From the NCBI GenBank assembly GCA_038212275.1, contig JBBQUR010000009.1, positions 96,001 through 160,000 on the forward strand: 64,000 nt of DNA. The letters run 5' to 3'. Of the stretch, positions 51,262 through 60,925 are shown piece after piece. Position 1 is the first letter of the stretch. Each line of letters opens with the position of its first letter. The position numbers were made by a program, and so were the translations under genes. The notes under the pieces were generated by a model. It was given only the letters and a program-made list of their open reading frames with translations. It was not told where the DNA came from and searched no databases. The DNA comes from Planctomycetota bacterium. GTDB taxonomy: Bacteria > Planctomycetota > B15-G4.

Positions 51262-54039
51262 ATGACGACGCACCACCGCTCGTTTTCGGTCCTCTCCGCT
51301 CTTCCCTTGTTCGCCGGAGCGCTGCTCGCGATGACATCGAATGCTGCTTCCCAGGAGATGCAGATCCCGTTCCAGAAGTTCGTGCTCGAGAACGGACTCG
51401 AGGTCGTGATCCTCGAGGACCACAGCGACCCGGTCGTCGCCGTCTACGTGAACTACCACGTGGGCAGCGGGCGCGAGGAACTCGGACGCTCCGGCTTCGC
51501 GCACCTGTTCGAGCACCTCATGTTCCAGGGCAGCGCGCACGTCGCCGACGACGGGCACTTCAAGCTCGTCAGCGGCGCCGGCGGCACGCTCAACGGCACC
51601 ACGAATCGCGACCGCACCAATTACTTCGAGACGCTGCCGTCCAACCAGCTCGAGACCGCGCTGTGGCTCGAGGCGGACCGCATGGGCTTCCTGCTCGGCG
51701 CGATCACGCAGGAGAAGCTGGACAACCAGCGCGAGGTGGTGAAGAACGAGCGCCGCCAGAACTACGAGAACGTGCCCTACGCGCAGGCCGGCAAGGACGT
51801 CATGGCCGCTCTCTATCCGCACGGGCATTCCTACAGCTGGCTCACGATCGGCAGCCACGAGGATCTCACGGCGGCGTCGCTCGAGGACGTGCGCGGCTTC
51901 TTCCGCCGCTGGTACGGCCCGAACAACGCGACGCTCGCCATCGGCGGCGACGTCGACGTGGAGCAGGCGCTCGCGCCGGCCAAGAAGTGGTTCGGCGGCA
52001 TCCCGCGCGGCCCGGACGTGGCCCGTCCCGTCGCGCGGCCCGCAGGCCTCGAGCAGACGATGCGCCTCGTCGCCGAGGACAAGGTGCAGCTCCCCGAGCT
52101 GAGCATCACGTGGCCGAGCGTGCCGAAGAACTCCGAGGACGAGGCCGCGCTGCTCATGCTTTCGGCCGTGCTCTCGGCCAACAAGTCCGCCATCCTCGAC
52201 CGGGCGCTGACCATCGACGAGGTGCTTGCCACGCGCGTTTCCGCGTCGCAGGACAGCGGCGAGGTCGCCGGCGAGTTCGACATCACCGTGCGCGCCGCGC
52301 CGGGCGTCACGCTCGATGCGCTGGAGCAGAAGGTGCACGACCTGCTCGCGAAGGCCGCGCACGACGGCATCGACGCCGCGGCGCTCAAGCGCCAGCAGAC
52401 GCGCTACGAGGCCAACTTCGTGAACCGCCTCGAGACGGTCTCCGCGCGCACGTCCGCGCTGGCCGAGGCCAACACCTTCACCGGTGACCCGGCCACGGCC
52501 ACGGGCCTCCTGAAGCAGGTGCTCGCGGTCACGCCGGCGCAGGTGCAGTCGGTGCTGCAGCGCTACCTCATCGGCCGTCCGGCCGTGATCATGTCGGTGG
52601 TGCCGCTCGGCAAGCTGGACATGGCCGCGTCGGGCCGCAGCAGCGCGCAGCTCGCCGTCGAGCAGGGCGTGGACCGCAGCACGCAACCGCAGCCGTCCGC
52701 GCCCACCGCCTTCCGCCCGCCGGTGCTGTGGCACGACATGCTGGCCAACGGCGTGATGGTCACCGGCACGCTCTACACGGAGCTGCCGCTCGTCACGATG
52801 CAGCTGGCTGTGCCGGCCGGCAGCATGCGCGAGACTCTCGACCGGGTCGGCCTCGCGTCGCTCACGGCCGAGCTCATGAACGAGGGCACGACCACGCTCT
52901 CGACGACGGAGCTGGCCGACCGGCTGGATGAGCTGGGCGCCAACCTCAACGTGTCGGCGAACGACGACGAGATCGTGATCTCGCTGCGCGTGCTGCAGCG
53001 CAACCTGCCCGCGGCCGTCGGCCTGCTGCAGGACGTGCTGCTGCGTCCGCGCTTCTCGCAGCAGGACTTCGAGCGCATCCGCACGCAGCGCCTCGCGGCG
53101 CTGGCGACGCGCGGCGACAGCATCCGCACGATCGTCGGCAACGCGTGGGGCCGCCTGCAGTATGGCAAGGACAGCCCCGCGGGCTGGCCGTCGGCCGGCA
53201 CGACGGAGTCCGTGTCGCGGCTCACGCTCGATGACGTGAAGGCCTTCTACAAGGCGAATGTGGTGCCCGGCGGCTCGCGGCTGATCGTCGTCGGCGACCT
53301 GCAGCCCGCCGCGGTGCACGACCTGTTCGCGCCGCTGGTGGCCAGCTGGAAGGGCGCGGCGCCCGCGCCGATCGCCGCGTCGGTGCGGCCCACCGTGGAC
53401 GGCACGCGCATCTACCTCGTGGACAAGCCCGGTTCGCCGCAGTCCGAGATCCGCATCGGGCACGCCTCCGTGGCGGCCACGGATCCGGACTACTATCCGC
53501 TGTCCGTGCTGAACTACATCCTCGGCGGCGCCTTCAGCAGCCGCATCAACATGAACCTGCGTGAGGACAAGGGCTACACCTACGGCGCGCGCACCGGCTT
53601 CGCGGGCGGCCTGCGACCGGGCAGCTTCACCGCGAGCAGCCCGGTGCGCACGGACGTCACGAAGGAGTCCGTGATCGAGCTCATGAAGGAGCTCAACGCC
53701 ATCAAGGAGGGCGTCACGGAAGAGGAGACCGTCTTCGCTCGCGAGGCCCTGGCGCAGTCGATGAACCGTCAGTACGAGTCCATCGGAAGCCTCGCCGGCC
53801 TGCTCGACAACGTGAGCCAGCTCGGCTACCCGGACGACTATCCCGCACAGCGGCTCGCGCTGCTCGGCACGATCTCCAAGGCCGACCTCGACGCGCTCGC
53901 GACGAAGGCCATCCACCCGGACCGCGCGATGATCCTCGTCGTCGGCGACAGCGAGAAGGTGAAGGAGGGCCTGGATTCGCTGGGCTACGGCCCGGTGATC
54001 GAGCTGGACATCGACGGCAATCCGATCGCGCAGAGCTGA
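51262..54039 (+). CDS. Exported M16 (pitrilysin/PqqL-like) zinc peptidase
   Basis: Signal peptide, GFAHLFEHLMF (HxxEH), NGTT..DRTNY, VKNERR, SRINMNLREDKGYTYG. Confidence 0.95.
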   Translation: MTTHHRSFSVLSALPLFAGALLAMTSNAASQEMQIPFQKFVLENGLEVVILEDHSDPVVAVYVNYHVGSGREELGRSGFAHLFEHLMFQGSAHVADDGHFKLVSGAGGTLNGTTNRDRTNYFETLPSNQLETALWLEADRMGFLLGAITQEKLDNQREVVKNERRQNYENVPYAQAGKDVMAALYPHGHSYSWLTIGSHEDLTAASLEDVRGFFRRWYGPNNATLAIGGDVDVEQALAPAKKWFGGIPRGPDVARPVARPAGLEQTMRLVAEDKVQLPELSITWPSVPKNSEDEAALLMLSAVLSANKSAILDRALTIDEVLATRVSASQDSGEVAGEFDITVRAAPGVTLDALEQKVHDLLAKAAHDGIDAAALKRQQTRYEANFVNRLETVSARTSALAEANTFTGDPATATGLLKQVLAVTPAQVQSVLQRYLIGRPAVIMSVVPLGKLDMAASGRSSAQLAVEQGVDRSTQPQPSAPTAFRPPVLWHDMLANGVMVTGTLYTELPLVTMQLAVPAGSMRETLDRVGLASLTAELMNEGTTTLSTTELADRLDELGANLNVSANDDEIVISLRVLQRNLPAAVGLLQDVLLRPRFSQQDFERIRTQRLAALATRGDSIRTIVGNAWGRLQYGKDSPAGWPSAGTTESVSRLTLDDVKAFYKANVVPGGSRLIVVGDLQPAAVHDLFAPLVASWKGAAPAPIAASVRPTVDGTRIYLVDKPGSPQSEIRIGHASVAATDPDYYPLSVLNYILGGAFSSRINMNLREDKGYTYGARTGFAGGLRPGSFTASSPVRTDVTKESVIELMKELNAIKEGVTEEETVFAREALAQSMNRQYESIGSLAGLLDNVSQLGYPDDYPAQRLALLGTISKADLDALATKAIHPDRAMILVVGDSEKVKEGLDSLGYGPVIELDIDGNPIAQS

Positions 54040-54145
54040 GGCGGAGCCTTCCGCGCGCCATCAACTCGGCGAGCGCTTCCGGCGTATGCTCGTCCCGCGA
54101 GCTCCGGCGTGCCCGTCCCGGGCAGGCAGTTCGCGGAGGTGGTGC

Positions 54146-54331
54146 ATGAACAAGTCGGCAACCGTCGCAAACTCGATCCTGTGGGCGGCGGCCATCATTG
54201 CCTCGGCCATTGTGTTGAAGGGCACGCCGCAGGCCTGGCCGATGCTCGGCATCCTGAGCGGCGCCGCCACGGCGTCCACGCTCCTTCTCGGGTCATCCTG
54301 CCGCCGGCAGGGGGCGCGCTCGCAGAACTGA
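54146..54331 (+). CDS. Small two-TM hypothetical protein (61 aa)
   Basis: Strong GGAGGT RBS; NSILWAAAIIASAIVL and PMLGILSGAATASTLLL hydrophobic segments. Confidence 0.65.
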   Translation: MNKSATVANSILWAAAIIASAIVLKGTPQAWPMLGILSGAATASTLLLGSSCRRQGARSQN

Positions 54332-54400
54332 GCTGCGCCGCGCGCCGCGGCCGCAGCGCGCCTCCGGTCCCTCGTGGCGTTACCGCCGTGGCGGCTGTGC

Positions 54401-55165
54401 TCAGCCGCCCGTGCCCCAGCGGCGGTGCAGGAAGCGCTCGGCGGGGGCGAAGAGAAGTTTGTCGGCGAGCAGGCCGATGAGCACGATCACGAACATGATG
54501 CCGAGGACCTGGTCCATGGCGTGCAGTTCGCGGCCGTAGTGCAGCAGGTGTCCGAGGCCGAGGCCGCTGAGGATCGTGACGTAGATCTCCGCGGCCATGA
54601 GCGAGCGCCACGCGAAGGCCCAGCCCTGCTTCATGCCGGAGACGATGAAGGGCAGCGACGCCGGCATCGTCACGAAGAACAGCGTGTGGAAGCGCCGGCT
54701 GCCCATGGTGCGCGCGGCGCGGGCGTAGATCGGCGGCGCGTGGCGCACGCCGTTGTCCGTCGCGATGAGGATCGCCCACAGCGTGCCCATGACGACGACG
54801 AACTGCATCGCCATCTCGGTCTGCCCGAACCACACGAGCGCGAGCGGCACCCAGCACACGGACGGCAGCGTCTGCATGCCCAGCGCGAGCACGCCGAGCG
54901 TGTCCGAGCAGGCGCGGAATCGCGCGGTGAGGAAGCCCAACGGCAGTCCGAGCAGCAGCCCGATGGCGTAGCCGGACAGCAGCCGCCTGCCGGTGACGAA
55001 AGCGGCATCGAGCAGCGTGCCGTCCAGCAGCGCGCGCCACAGGTAGCGACCGACGGCCGACGGATCGGGCAGCAATACGGGTGACCAGCGCCCGCTATTC
55101 GCGAGCAGGTGCCACGCGAAGATCAGGGAGGCGAAGAACAGCGTGCCGATGACGAAGCGCTTCAT
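54401..55165 (-). CDS. SsuC/TauC/NrtB-type ABC permease
   Basis: LLPDP, QTLPSVCWVPL, RAARTMG and FAWRSLMAAE motifs. Confidence 0.93.
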   Translation of the reverse strand: MKRFVIGTLFFASLIFAWHLLANSGRWSPVLLPDPSAVGRYLWRALLDGTLLDAAFVTGRRLLSGYAIGLLLGLPLGFLTARFRACSDTLGVLALGMQTLPSVCWVPLALVWFGQTEMAMQFVVVMGTLWAILIATDNGVRHAPPIYARAARTMGSRRFHTLFFVTMPASLPFIVSGMKQGWAFAWRSLMAAEIYVTILSGLGLGHLLHYGRELHAMDQVLGIMFVIVLIGLLADKLLFAPAERFLHRRWGTGG

Positions 55166-56346
55166 GGCGCCTCTCCCTTGCGACGCTCGCCCCTGCGACG
55201 TTCGTCGCGCGCGGGATCGTCGGCTCCTTCGAGCCCGGTGTCGCTGCCGGCGATGGCGTCAGCGGCCTCCTCCGCCTCCGCGCCTTCGCCGCCCGCGGCG
55301 ACCTCGGCGGGCAGCTCGCCGCGGAAGGGCGCGTCGGGGCCGGCGCCTGCGGCGCGCTGCTGACGCCAGGGCTCGCCGTGCTCCGGGCCGTCGCCGCGCT
55401 GCGTGACGCCCGCGTGCACGTCGCCCGAGTGCGCGTCGGCCTCGCGGCCGAAGATGTCGCGCGGATCCATGCGCCGCGCGAAGTCCATCGCATGGCCGCC
55501 CAGCGACTTCAGCGACAGGCCACCGCGCTGGCGCGCACGCGAGCCGAAGCCGTTGGTGGGGAGATGACTCTTGAGAGCCTCGGTGATGTGCGCCGACAGC
55601 TCCGCGAGCGCCGCGCTATTCACGTTGCGCGGCCGGGGCAGGTCGATGACGAACTCCTCGCGGATGCGCCCCGGGTGCGGCGAGAAGAGGATGACGCGGT
55701 CGCCGAGGCACACGGCCTCGCGCACGTTGTGCGTCACGAAGACGAGCGTTTTGCGCCGCGCGGCCCAGATGCGCTGCAGGTCGAAGTACAGCACGTCGCG
55801 CGTCAGCGCATCGAGCGCGGCGAAGGGCTCGTCCATGAGCAGCATGCGCGGGTTGGGGGCGAGCGAGCGCGCCAGCGCGACGCGCTGCTTCATGCCCCCG
55901 GAGAGCTCGTGCACGTTCGCGTGCTTGAAGTCCTCCAGCCCAACCATGTCGAGGTAGAAGTCGGCCAGTTCGCAGCGCGCCTTGGGGTCCAGCCCGGGCT
56001 TGAGCTTCAGGCCGAAGAGCACGTTGTCGTAGACGTCGAGCCACGGGAAGAGCGCCGACTCCTGGAACATGACCATGCGGTCGCGCCCCGGCGAGGTGAC
56101 CGGGACGCCGTCCGAGAGCACGCGCCCCTTGTCCGGGAATTCCAGGCCAGCCGCCATGAAAAGCAGCGTGGACTTGCCGCAGCCGCTGGGACCCACCAGG
56201 CACACGACCTCGCCTTCGTTCACGGTGAGGTTGATGTCGGCCAGCGCCTCGACGCTGCCGCCGCGCGCGGTACGGAAGGTCTTGCCGACCGACTCGAGCA
56301 CCAGCTTGCCCGGTGCCGCATTCGCTTCGCCTTGCGCCGCGGACAT
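55162..56346 (-). CDS. SsuB/TauB/NrtD-type ABC ATPase with a long C-terminal extension
   Basis: GPSGCGKST, LFPWL, LSGGMKQR, LMDEPFAALD and VTHN motifs. Confidence 0.93.
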   Translation of the reverse strand: MSAAQGEANAAPGKLVLESVGKTFRTARGGSVEALADINLTVNEGEVVCLVGPSGCGKSTLLFMAAGLEFPDKGRVLSDGVPVTSPGRDRMVMFQESALFPWLDVYDNVLFGLKLKPGLDPKARCELADFYLDMVGLEDFKHANVHELSGGMKQRVALARSLAPNPRMLLMDEPFAALDALTRDVLYFDLQRIWAARRKTLVFVTHNVREAVCLGDRVILFSPHPGRIREEFVIDLPRPRNVNSAALAELSAHITEALKSHLPTNGFGSRARQRGGLSLKSLGGHAMDFARRMDPRDIFGREADAHSGDVHAGVTQRGDGPEHGEPWRQQRAAGAGPDAPFRGELPAEVAAGGEGAEAEEAADAIAGSDTGLEGADDPARDERRRGERRKGEAP

Positions 56347-57362
56347 CACGGCACGACCACGAGGTTTGCGAGGTCACCCGCGTCGGTGAGGAAGCCGGCC
56401 GTCTGCGCCGCCTTCACGAAGTCGCGCAGCTGCTCGATCGCGAGGGCGTTCGTGACGTGCAGTCGCGGCCAGCAGTGAGCGATGAGCTCCGGCTTGACCG
56501 GACTGTGCGTCTCCTCGGTCAGCTCGGCGGCCACCAGCGCCTGGGCCTCGGCTGGGTGCGCCTCGATCCATTCCGTCAGCTCCGCGTGCGCGGCCACGAA
56601 GCGCTTTGCGAGGTCCCGGTGCTCCTCAAGAAAAGCGGTGCTGCACGCGAGCACCGTCGTGATCGCGTCGTCCTCGGACAGCATGATCCGGCCGCCGCAC
56701 TCCAGTTCGAGGCGCGAGACCCAGGGCTCCACGGTCCACACGCCGTCCAGCGCGCCGGACACGAAGAGGTCCAGCTGATCGGGGTTGGCGGTCGGGAGCA
56801 CGCTGACATCGCCGCCCGTCTGCGTGACGTGGAAGCCCTGGGCCGCGAGCCACGCGCGGCAGGACACGTCCTGCGTGTTGCCGAGCTGCGGCGTCGCGAT
56901 CCTGCCGCCGCGGAAGTCCTCGGGTGCGGCGATGCGTCCGTCGCCGTGGACCACCAGCGCCGCGCCGCCGTTCGTGGCGCCTGCGAGCAGGCGCACCTCC
57001 GCGCCGCCGGACCTGATGTACGCATTGAGCGCCGGGTTCGGGCCGACGTAGGTCACGTCGAGCGAGCCCGAGAGGATGGCCTCCATCGCGCTGGGCCCCG
57101 CATTGTACGTGTACCACTCGATGCGCACGTCCGGCCCGAGCCGCTGCTCGAACCAGCCCTCGCCCTTGCGCGAGAGCGCGTGCGCCACGAGGCCGTGCGC
57201 GTGCGTCACGTTGGGAAAGTGCCCGACGCGCAGGACCTGAGCGGCAGGCGGAGCGCCGGATTCGGAGGAGGGGCCGGACGCGGGAGTGCGGGAGTCGCCG
57301 CAGGCGGCGAGTCCCGCGAGAAGCGCGAGGGCTGGAAGTCGGGAGAGCGGCCGCGTGTGCAT
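56346..57362 (-). CDS. SsuA-type ABC substrate-binding lipoprotein
   Basis: LAAC lipobox, GHFPNVTHA, NAGP, YVGPNPA, TPQLGNTQDV and EPW motifs. Confidence 0.92.
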   Translation of the reverse strand: MHTRPLSRLPALALLAGLAACGDSRTPASGPSSESGAPPAAQVLRVGHFPNVTHAHGLVAHALSRKGEGWFEQRLGPDVRIEWYTYNAGPSAMEAILSGSLDVTYVGPNPALNAYIRSGGAEVRLLAGATNGGAALVVHGDGRIAAPEDFRGGRIATPQLGNTQDVSCRAWLAAQGFHVTQTGGDVSVLPTANPDQLDLFVSGALDGVWTVEPWVSRLELECGGRIMLSEDDAITTVLACSTAFLEEHRDLAKRFVAAHAELTEWIEAHPAEAQALVAAELTEETHSPVKPELIAHCWPRLHVTNALAIEQLRDFVKAAQTAGFLTDAGDLANLVVVP

Positions 57363-57439
57363 GGTTGTGGACCTCGGGCTGTGAAGCGGGGCAACACCTG
57401 GCCGGGCCGTTGAGCTCGCCAGGCGGCGCGCGCTCCAGA

Positions 57440-57455
57440 TGCAACTGCCATGCCG
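57440..57455 (-). promoter_or_regulatory. Sigma54 (-24/-12) promoter for the ABC operon
   Basis: CGGCAT-GGCAG-TTGCA on the minus strand, about 80 nt before the start. Confidence 0.65.
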
Positions 57456-57612
57456 TCGTCGGCGGCGGCGTACGAAGGCCCTGGTTCGGCCCTTCGTGCC
57501 CGTTCGTGCGGGATGACCACGGGCGCGCGGCAAGCGGACGGGCGCGCTGCGACCTGCTGCCGCGGCGCGCCCGCAAGTTTCACGGGATGCGGCCATCACG
57601 GGTCATGGCTTC

Positions 57613-57628
57613 CCGTGTCCCGTGACGG
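57613..57628. promoter_or_regulatory. Candidate enhancer (UAS) palindrome
   Basis: CCGTG-N6-GACGG, 158 bp upstream of the -24 box; extra TCACGGG half-sites at 57580 and 57596. Confidence 0.45.
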
Positions 57629-57671
57629 CCGCGGTCCCCCGGCCGTCTCGTGCCGGCCGGTCTCGGAGGAC

Positions 57672-58967
57672 TCAGAACTGGATCTGGTACTGAAGGCGGA
57701 TGCGGTCCTGGTCGGGAGTGGAGCCGTCGTTGTCCAGCTTGCTGTAGTCGAGCTGCCACTTGCCGTTGTTCTTGTCGACGTAGTAGTTCACGCCGGCCGA
57801 GTACTCGTTCTTGTCGTCCGCGGACTCGTAGTTGATGTGCGAACTGCGCGCGACGACTTCCCAGCGGTTGGGAACGAGGAAGTATCCGACCTGGAACGTG
57901 TCGCCGGAGTCATGCATGCCGTCGGCGTTGTTGAGGTTCGCGTTGCGGTCGTAGAGTTCCGCGAGGAGCGACCAGGGGCCGGAGAAGACCTGCGCGTCGA
58001 TACCCGACGTGTTGGTCTGGGCGCCCGGCGTGACCGTGGTCTTGCCGGTGGAGTCGTCGTTCTGCATGAACGAGGCGCCGATGGCTGCCTTCGTGCTGCC
58101 GTCGTCGACCGTCGAGAACGACATGCCCTCGGCCTTGAGCGGCACGTCGTTCACGTTCCAGACGATGCGCGCCGACTTGCGCAGGCCGTTGCGGTCCTCG
58201 CCCGCCGCATTGCTCGCGCCGGGGCCCTGGCCGTTGCTGATGTCGGCGTAGTACTCGAACATGCCGTCCCCGAGGATGCCGTGGAGCATGGCGCCCGGTT
58301 CGTACGAGGGCGCGAACTCCGTCGACGCGATCGAGCGTTCGATGAGCGACAGCCCCCAGCTGGAGATCAGCTCCTCGCGCCCGAACGGCACCTTGAACTG
58401 TCCGAAGCGCAGCGCGGCCAGCGGGCCGAAGGCCCAATTGATGTAGCCGTCGCGCAGGGAGGAATTCTTGGTGGTGGAAGACGAGGTGAAGCTGCTCTGC
58501 GTGGGGATGTCGAACTCGAGCTTGTAGGTCACGTTTTCAGCCCCGGCCTTGCCCTCGAAGCCGACGTAGGCGCGCGGGACGCTGAAGTTGGTGCCGTCAC
58601 CGGTGTCGGCGTCGGAGTTGTCGTTCTCGGCACGCACCTGCATCTTGCCCTTGATGTTCATGGACCACTTGCCGTCGGCGGACCGGAAGTCCAGCTTGCC
58701 GGGCTGCCCGCCGCGCACCATGACGTCCGGCGCCTGGAGCCGCTGCAAGCTGGCCTCGATGAGCGCCACCTCGTTGGCGTGCGCATCGACGCGCTGCTGG
58801 GCGAGCTGCTGCAGCTCGGCGTACTCGGCGTCATTGATGAGCCCGCGCGCCTTCAGCACGTCGAGGATCGCGAGGTCGAGGGAGTCGTCGGTGGATTGGG
58901 CCGCGGCCGCCGCTGGCAGCGCCAGCACCGCGGCAGCAACGAGAAGACGGGTCGTACGTCGAAGCAT
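57672..58967 (-). CDS. OprO/OprP-family outer-membrane porin
   Basis: Signal peptide, LDVLKARGLI N-domain, LRDGYI, RFGQFKVPFGREEL..S...IERS, terminal LQYQIQF. Confidence 0.88.
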   Translation of the reverse strand: MLRRTTRLLVAAAVLALPAAAAAQSTDDSLDLAILDVLKARGLINDAEYAELQQLAQQRVDAHANEVALIEASLQRLQAPDVMVRGGQPGKLDFRSADGKWSMNIKGKMQVRAENDNSDADTGDGTNFSVPRAYVGFEGKAGAENVTYKLEFDIPTQSSFTSSSTTKNSSLRDGYINWAFGPLAALRFGQFKVPFGREELISSWGLSLIERSIASTEFAPSYEPGAMLHGILGDGMFEYYADISNGQGPGASNAAGEDRNGLRKSARIVWNVNDVPLKAEGMSFSTVDDGSTKAAIGASFMQNDDSTGKTTVTPGAQTNTSGIDAQVFSGPWSLLAELYDRNANLNNADGMHDSGDTFQVGYFLVPNRWEVVARSSHINYESADDKNEYSAGVNYYVDKNNGKWQLDYSKLDNDGSTPDQDRIRLQYQIQF

Positions 58968-59056
58968 GGAGTGTTCCCGGGCACGAGAGGGGACGCGCCG
59001 CGGGGACGCGCGCGCGTCCCGGTTCCGCGGTGCGCACCAGGGGTCGCGGGGGGCAG

Positions 59057-59072
59057 AGAAAAAACCGTGCCA
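59057..59072 (-). promoter_or_regulatory. Sigma54-like promoter for the porin (non-consensus -12)
   Basis: TGGCAC-GGTTT-TTTCT on the minus strand. Confidence 0.5.
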
Positions 59073-59226
59073 CCTCGCGGGTGCGCCCAATGCCAGCGCG
59101 GCCGGCCAACGGGCGTTGCGCGTGTGCGCCACGACGATTCGAGCCGTTGCCGAGGCGTGCGTGCGCAGCTTCGCGTGGTGCCGGTGGCGTGTACCCGTTG
59201 CCTATACTGGCGCGGCCATGAACGCT

Positions 59227-59242
59227 CCGTGACCCGACACGG
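59227..59242. promoter_or_regulatory. Candidate enhancer (UAS) palindrome
   Basis: CCGTG-N6-CACGG, 155 bp upstream of the porin -24 box and 3 bp from the activator's own -24 box. Confidence 0.5.
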
Positions 59243-59245
59243 GCG

Positions 59246-59261
59246 TGGCACGGCGTTTGCA
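59246..59261 (+). promoter_or_regulatory. Sigma54 (-24/-12) promoter for the activator gene
   Basis: Perfect TGGCAC-GGCGT-TTGCA. Confidence 0.75.
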
Positions 59262-59290
59262 AACTCCACGTCCTCGTGACCGGACTCCCC

Positions 59291-60865
59291 ATGCCATTCC
59301 TGATCGAGGCCTGGCGCCAGGCCTGTCGCCACAGCGAGATCGGCGACTCGGTGGCCAGCCTTGCGCCGCTCATCGCGAGCCAGATTCCGCTGCAGGCGCT
59401 GCTCGTGCGGCGGTTCGACGCGACGCTTGGTCGGTTGGAGACCGTGGCGGCGGTGGGTCCCGGGCTGCCGTCGATCGGTGCGCGCACGGAGCTGGAGTCG
59501 TCGCAGAGCATGGCGCTGCTTGCGTGGTGCAAGGCCGGCGCCATCCTGCACGCGTCCACCTCGGCGCCGACCACGCTGATCACCGCTCTGCTGCCGCAGG
59601 GGCCGACCGGCGATGTCCTCGCGGGCCCGCTGCGCGAGGGCGAGCAGGCCGTGGGCGTCGTGCTGCTCGTCGGCTACCCGGGCAGCAGTTTCGACAGCCA
59701 GCACGAGACTGTGCTGGCGTCATTGCTCGAGCCGATCTCCGTCGCGCTCTTGAACGACCGCCGCGTGCTGGAGCTGGCGCGGTTGCGCGAGGCGGTGGAG
59801 GCCGACAATCGCGCGCTGCTCACCCGCCTGCAACGCGACGACATCAGCGATTCCGTGGTTGGCGCGGAGGCCGGCCTCGCCGGCGTCATGGAGCAGGTGG
59901 GCCAGGTGGCGCCCACCGAAGCCCCTGTGCTCATCCTGGGCGAGACCGGCTCCGGCAAGGAGGTCATCGCGCGTGCGATCCACGAGCGCAGCCGCCGCTC
60001 CGCCGGGCCGGTAGTGCGCGTGAATTGCGGCGCGATCCCGTCCGAGCTCGTGGACAGCGAATTGTTCGGGCACGAACGCGGCAGCTTCACGGGCGCCGTG
60101 AATGCGCGCAAGGGCTGGTTCGAGCGCGCCGACGGCGGCACGCTCTTCCTCGACGAAATCGGCGAGCTTCCGCTCGCGGCGCAGGTGCGCCTGCTGCGCA
60201 TCCTGCAGGACGGCAGCTTCGAACGCGTGGGCGGTCATCGTCCGCTGAGCGTGGACGTGCGCCTCGTGGCCGCCACGCACCGCGACCTGCAGGAGATGGT
60301 GGCGCAGGGCGGCTTCCGCCAGGACTTGTGGTACCGCATCAGCGTCTTCCCGATCCGCCTGCCGGCGCTGCGCGAGCGGCGCGGCGACATCGCGGCCCTC
60401 GCGCGGCATTTCGCGCAGCGCGCGGGCCTGCGTCTCGGTGGCGTTGCGCTGCAACCGTCGGCGGACGACCTGGCGCAGCTCGCCGCGTATGACTGGCCCG
60501 GCAACGTGCGCGAGCTGGCATCGGTGATCGAGCGCGCGACGATTCTCGGCGGGGGCAGGCAGCTCAACATCGCGGCCGCGCTCGGCGGCGGCCAGCGGCC
60601 CGCGGCTCCGTCCGCAGCGGGCAGTGCGCACGAGGCGCAGGGCGACCCGACGGTCGCGGCATCCGGCGCCGCGGCACAGCACGCAGCCTCGCTCGATGCC
60701 GCGATGATCGGACACATCGAGTCCGCTCTCGTCGCGACGGGCGGCCGCATCGAGGGGCCGTCAGGCGCCGCGGCCCGTCTCGGCATCAATCCCCACACGC
60801 TTCGCGCCCGGATGCGCAAGCTCGGCATCGACTGGGGCCGCTTCCGCACGCCGCCGGATCGGTAG
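59291..60865 (+). CDS. Sigma54-dependent activator, FhlA/HyfR-like (GAF-like, AAA+, HTH)
   Basis: GETGSGKE, ELFGHERGSFTGA, LFLDEIGE, WPGNVREL, GAAARLGINPHTLRARMRKLGI; alternative GTG start at 59276. Confidence 0.95.
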   Translation: MPFLIEAWRQACRHSEIGDSVASLAPLIASQIPLQALLVRRFDATLGRLETVAAVGPGLPSIGARTELESSQSMALLAWCKAGAILHASTSAPTTLITALLPQGPTGDVLAGPLREGEQAVGVVLLVGYPGSSFDSQHETVLASLLEPISVALLNDRRVLELARLREAVEADNRALLTRLQRDDISDSVVGAEAGLAGVMEQVGQVAPTEAPVLILGETGSGKEVIARAIHERSRRSAGPVVRVNCGAIPSELVDSELFGHERGSFTGAVNARKGWFERADGGTLFLDEIGELPLAAQVRLLRILQDGSFERVGGHRPLSVDVRLVAATHRDLQEMVAQGGFRQDLWYRISVFPIRLPALRERRGDIAALARHFAQRAGLRLGGVALQPSADDLAQLAAYDWPGNVRELASVIERATILGGGRQLNIAAALGGGQRPAAPSAAGSAHEAQGDPTVAASGAAAQHAASLDAAMIGHIESALVATGGRIEGPSGAAARLGINPHTLRARMRKLGIDWGRFRTPPDR

Positions 60866-60925
60866 AGTGCAGGCGCCGCCAGGCGCCCGTCGCCCGGCTT
60901 CATCGCTCTGCGAGAGGAGTCCGCC

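Noticed and set aside
49279..53916. 1545-aa ORF as a giant Zwf fusion
   Set aside because: The upstream part is the antisense shadow of the M16 peptidase; zwf begins near 51021.
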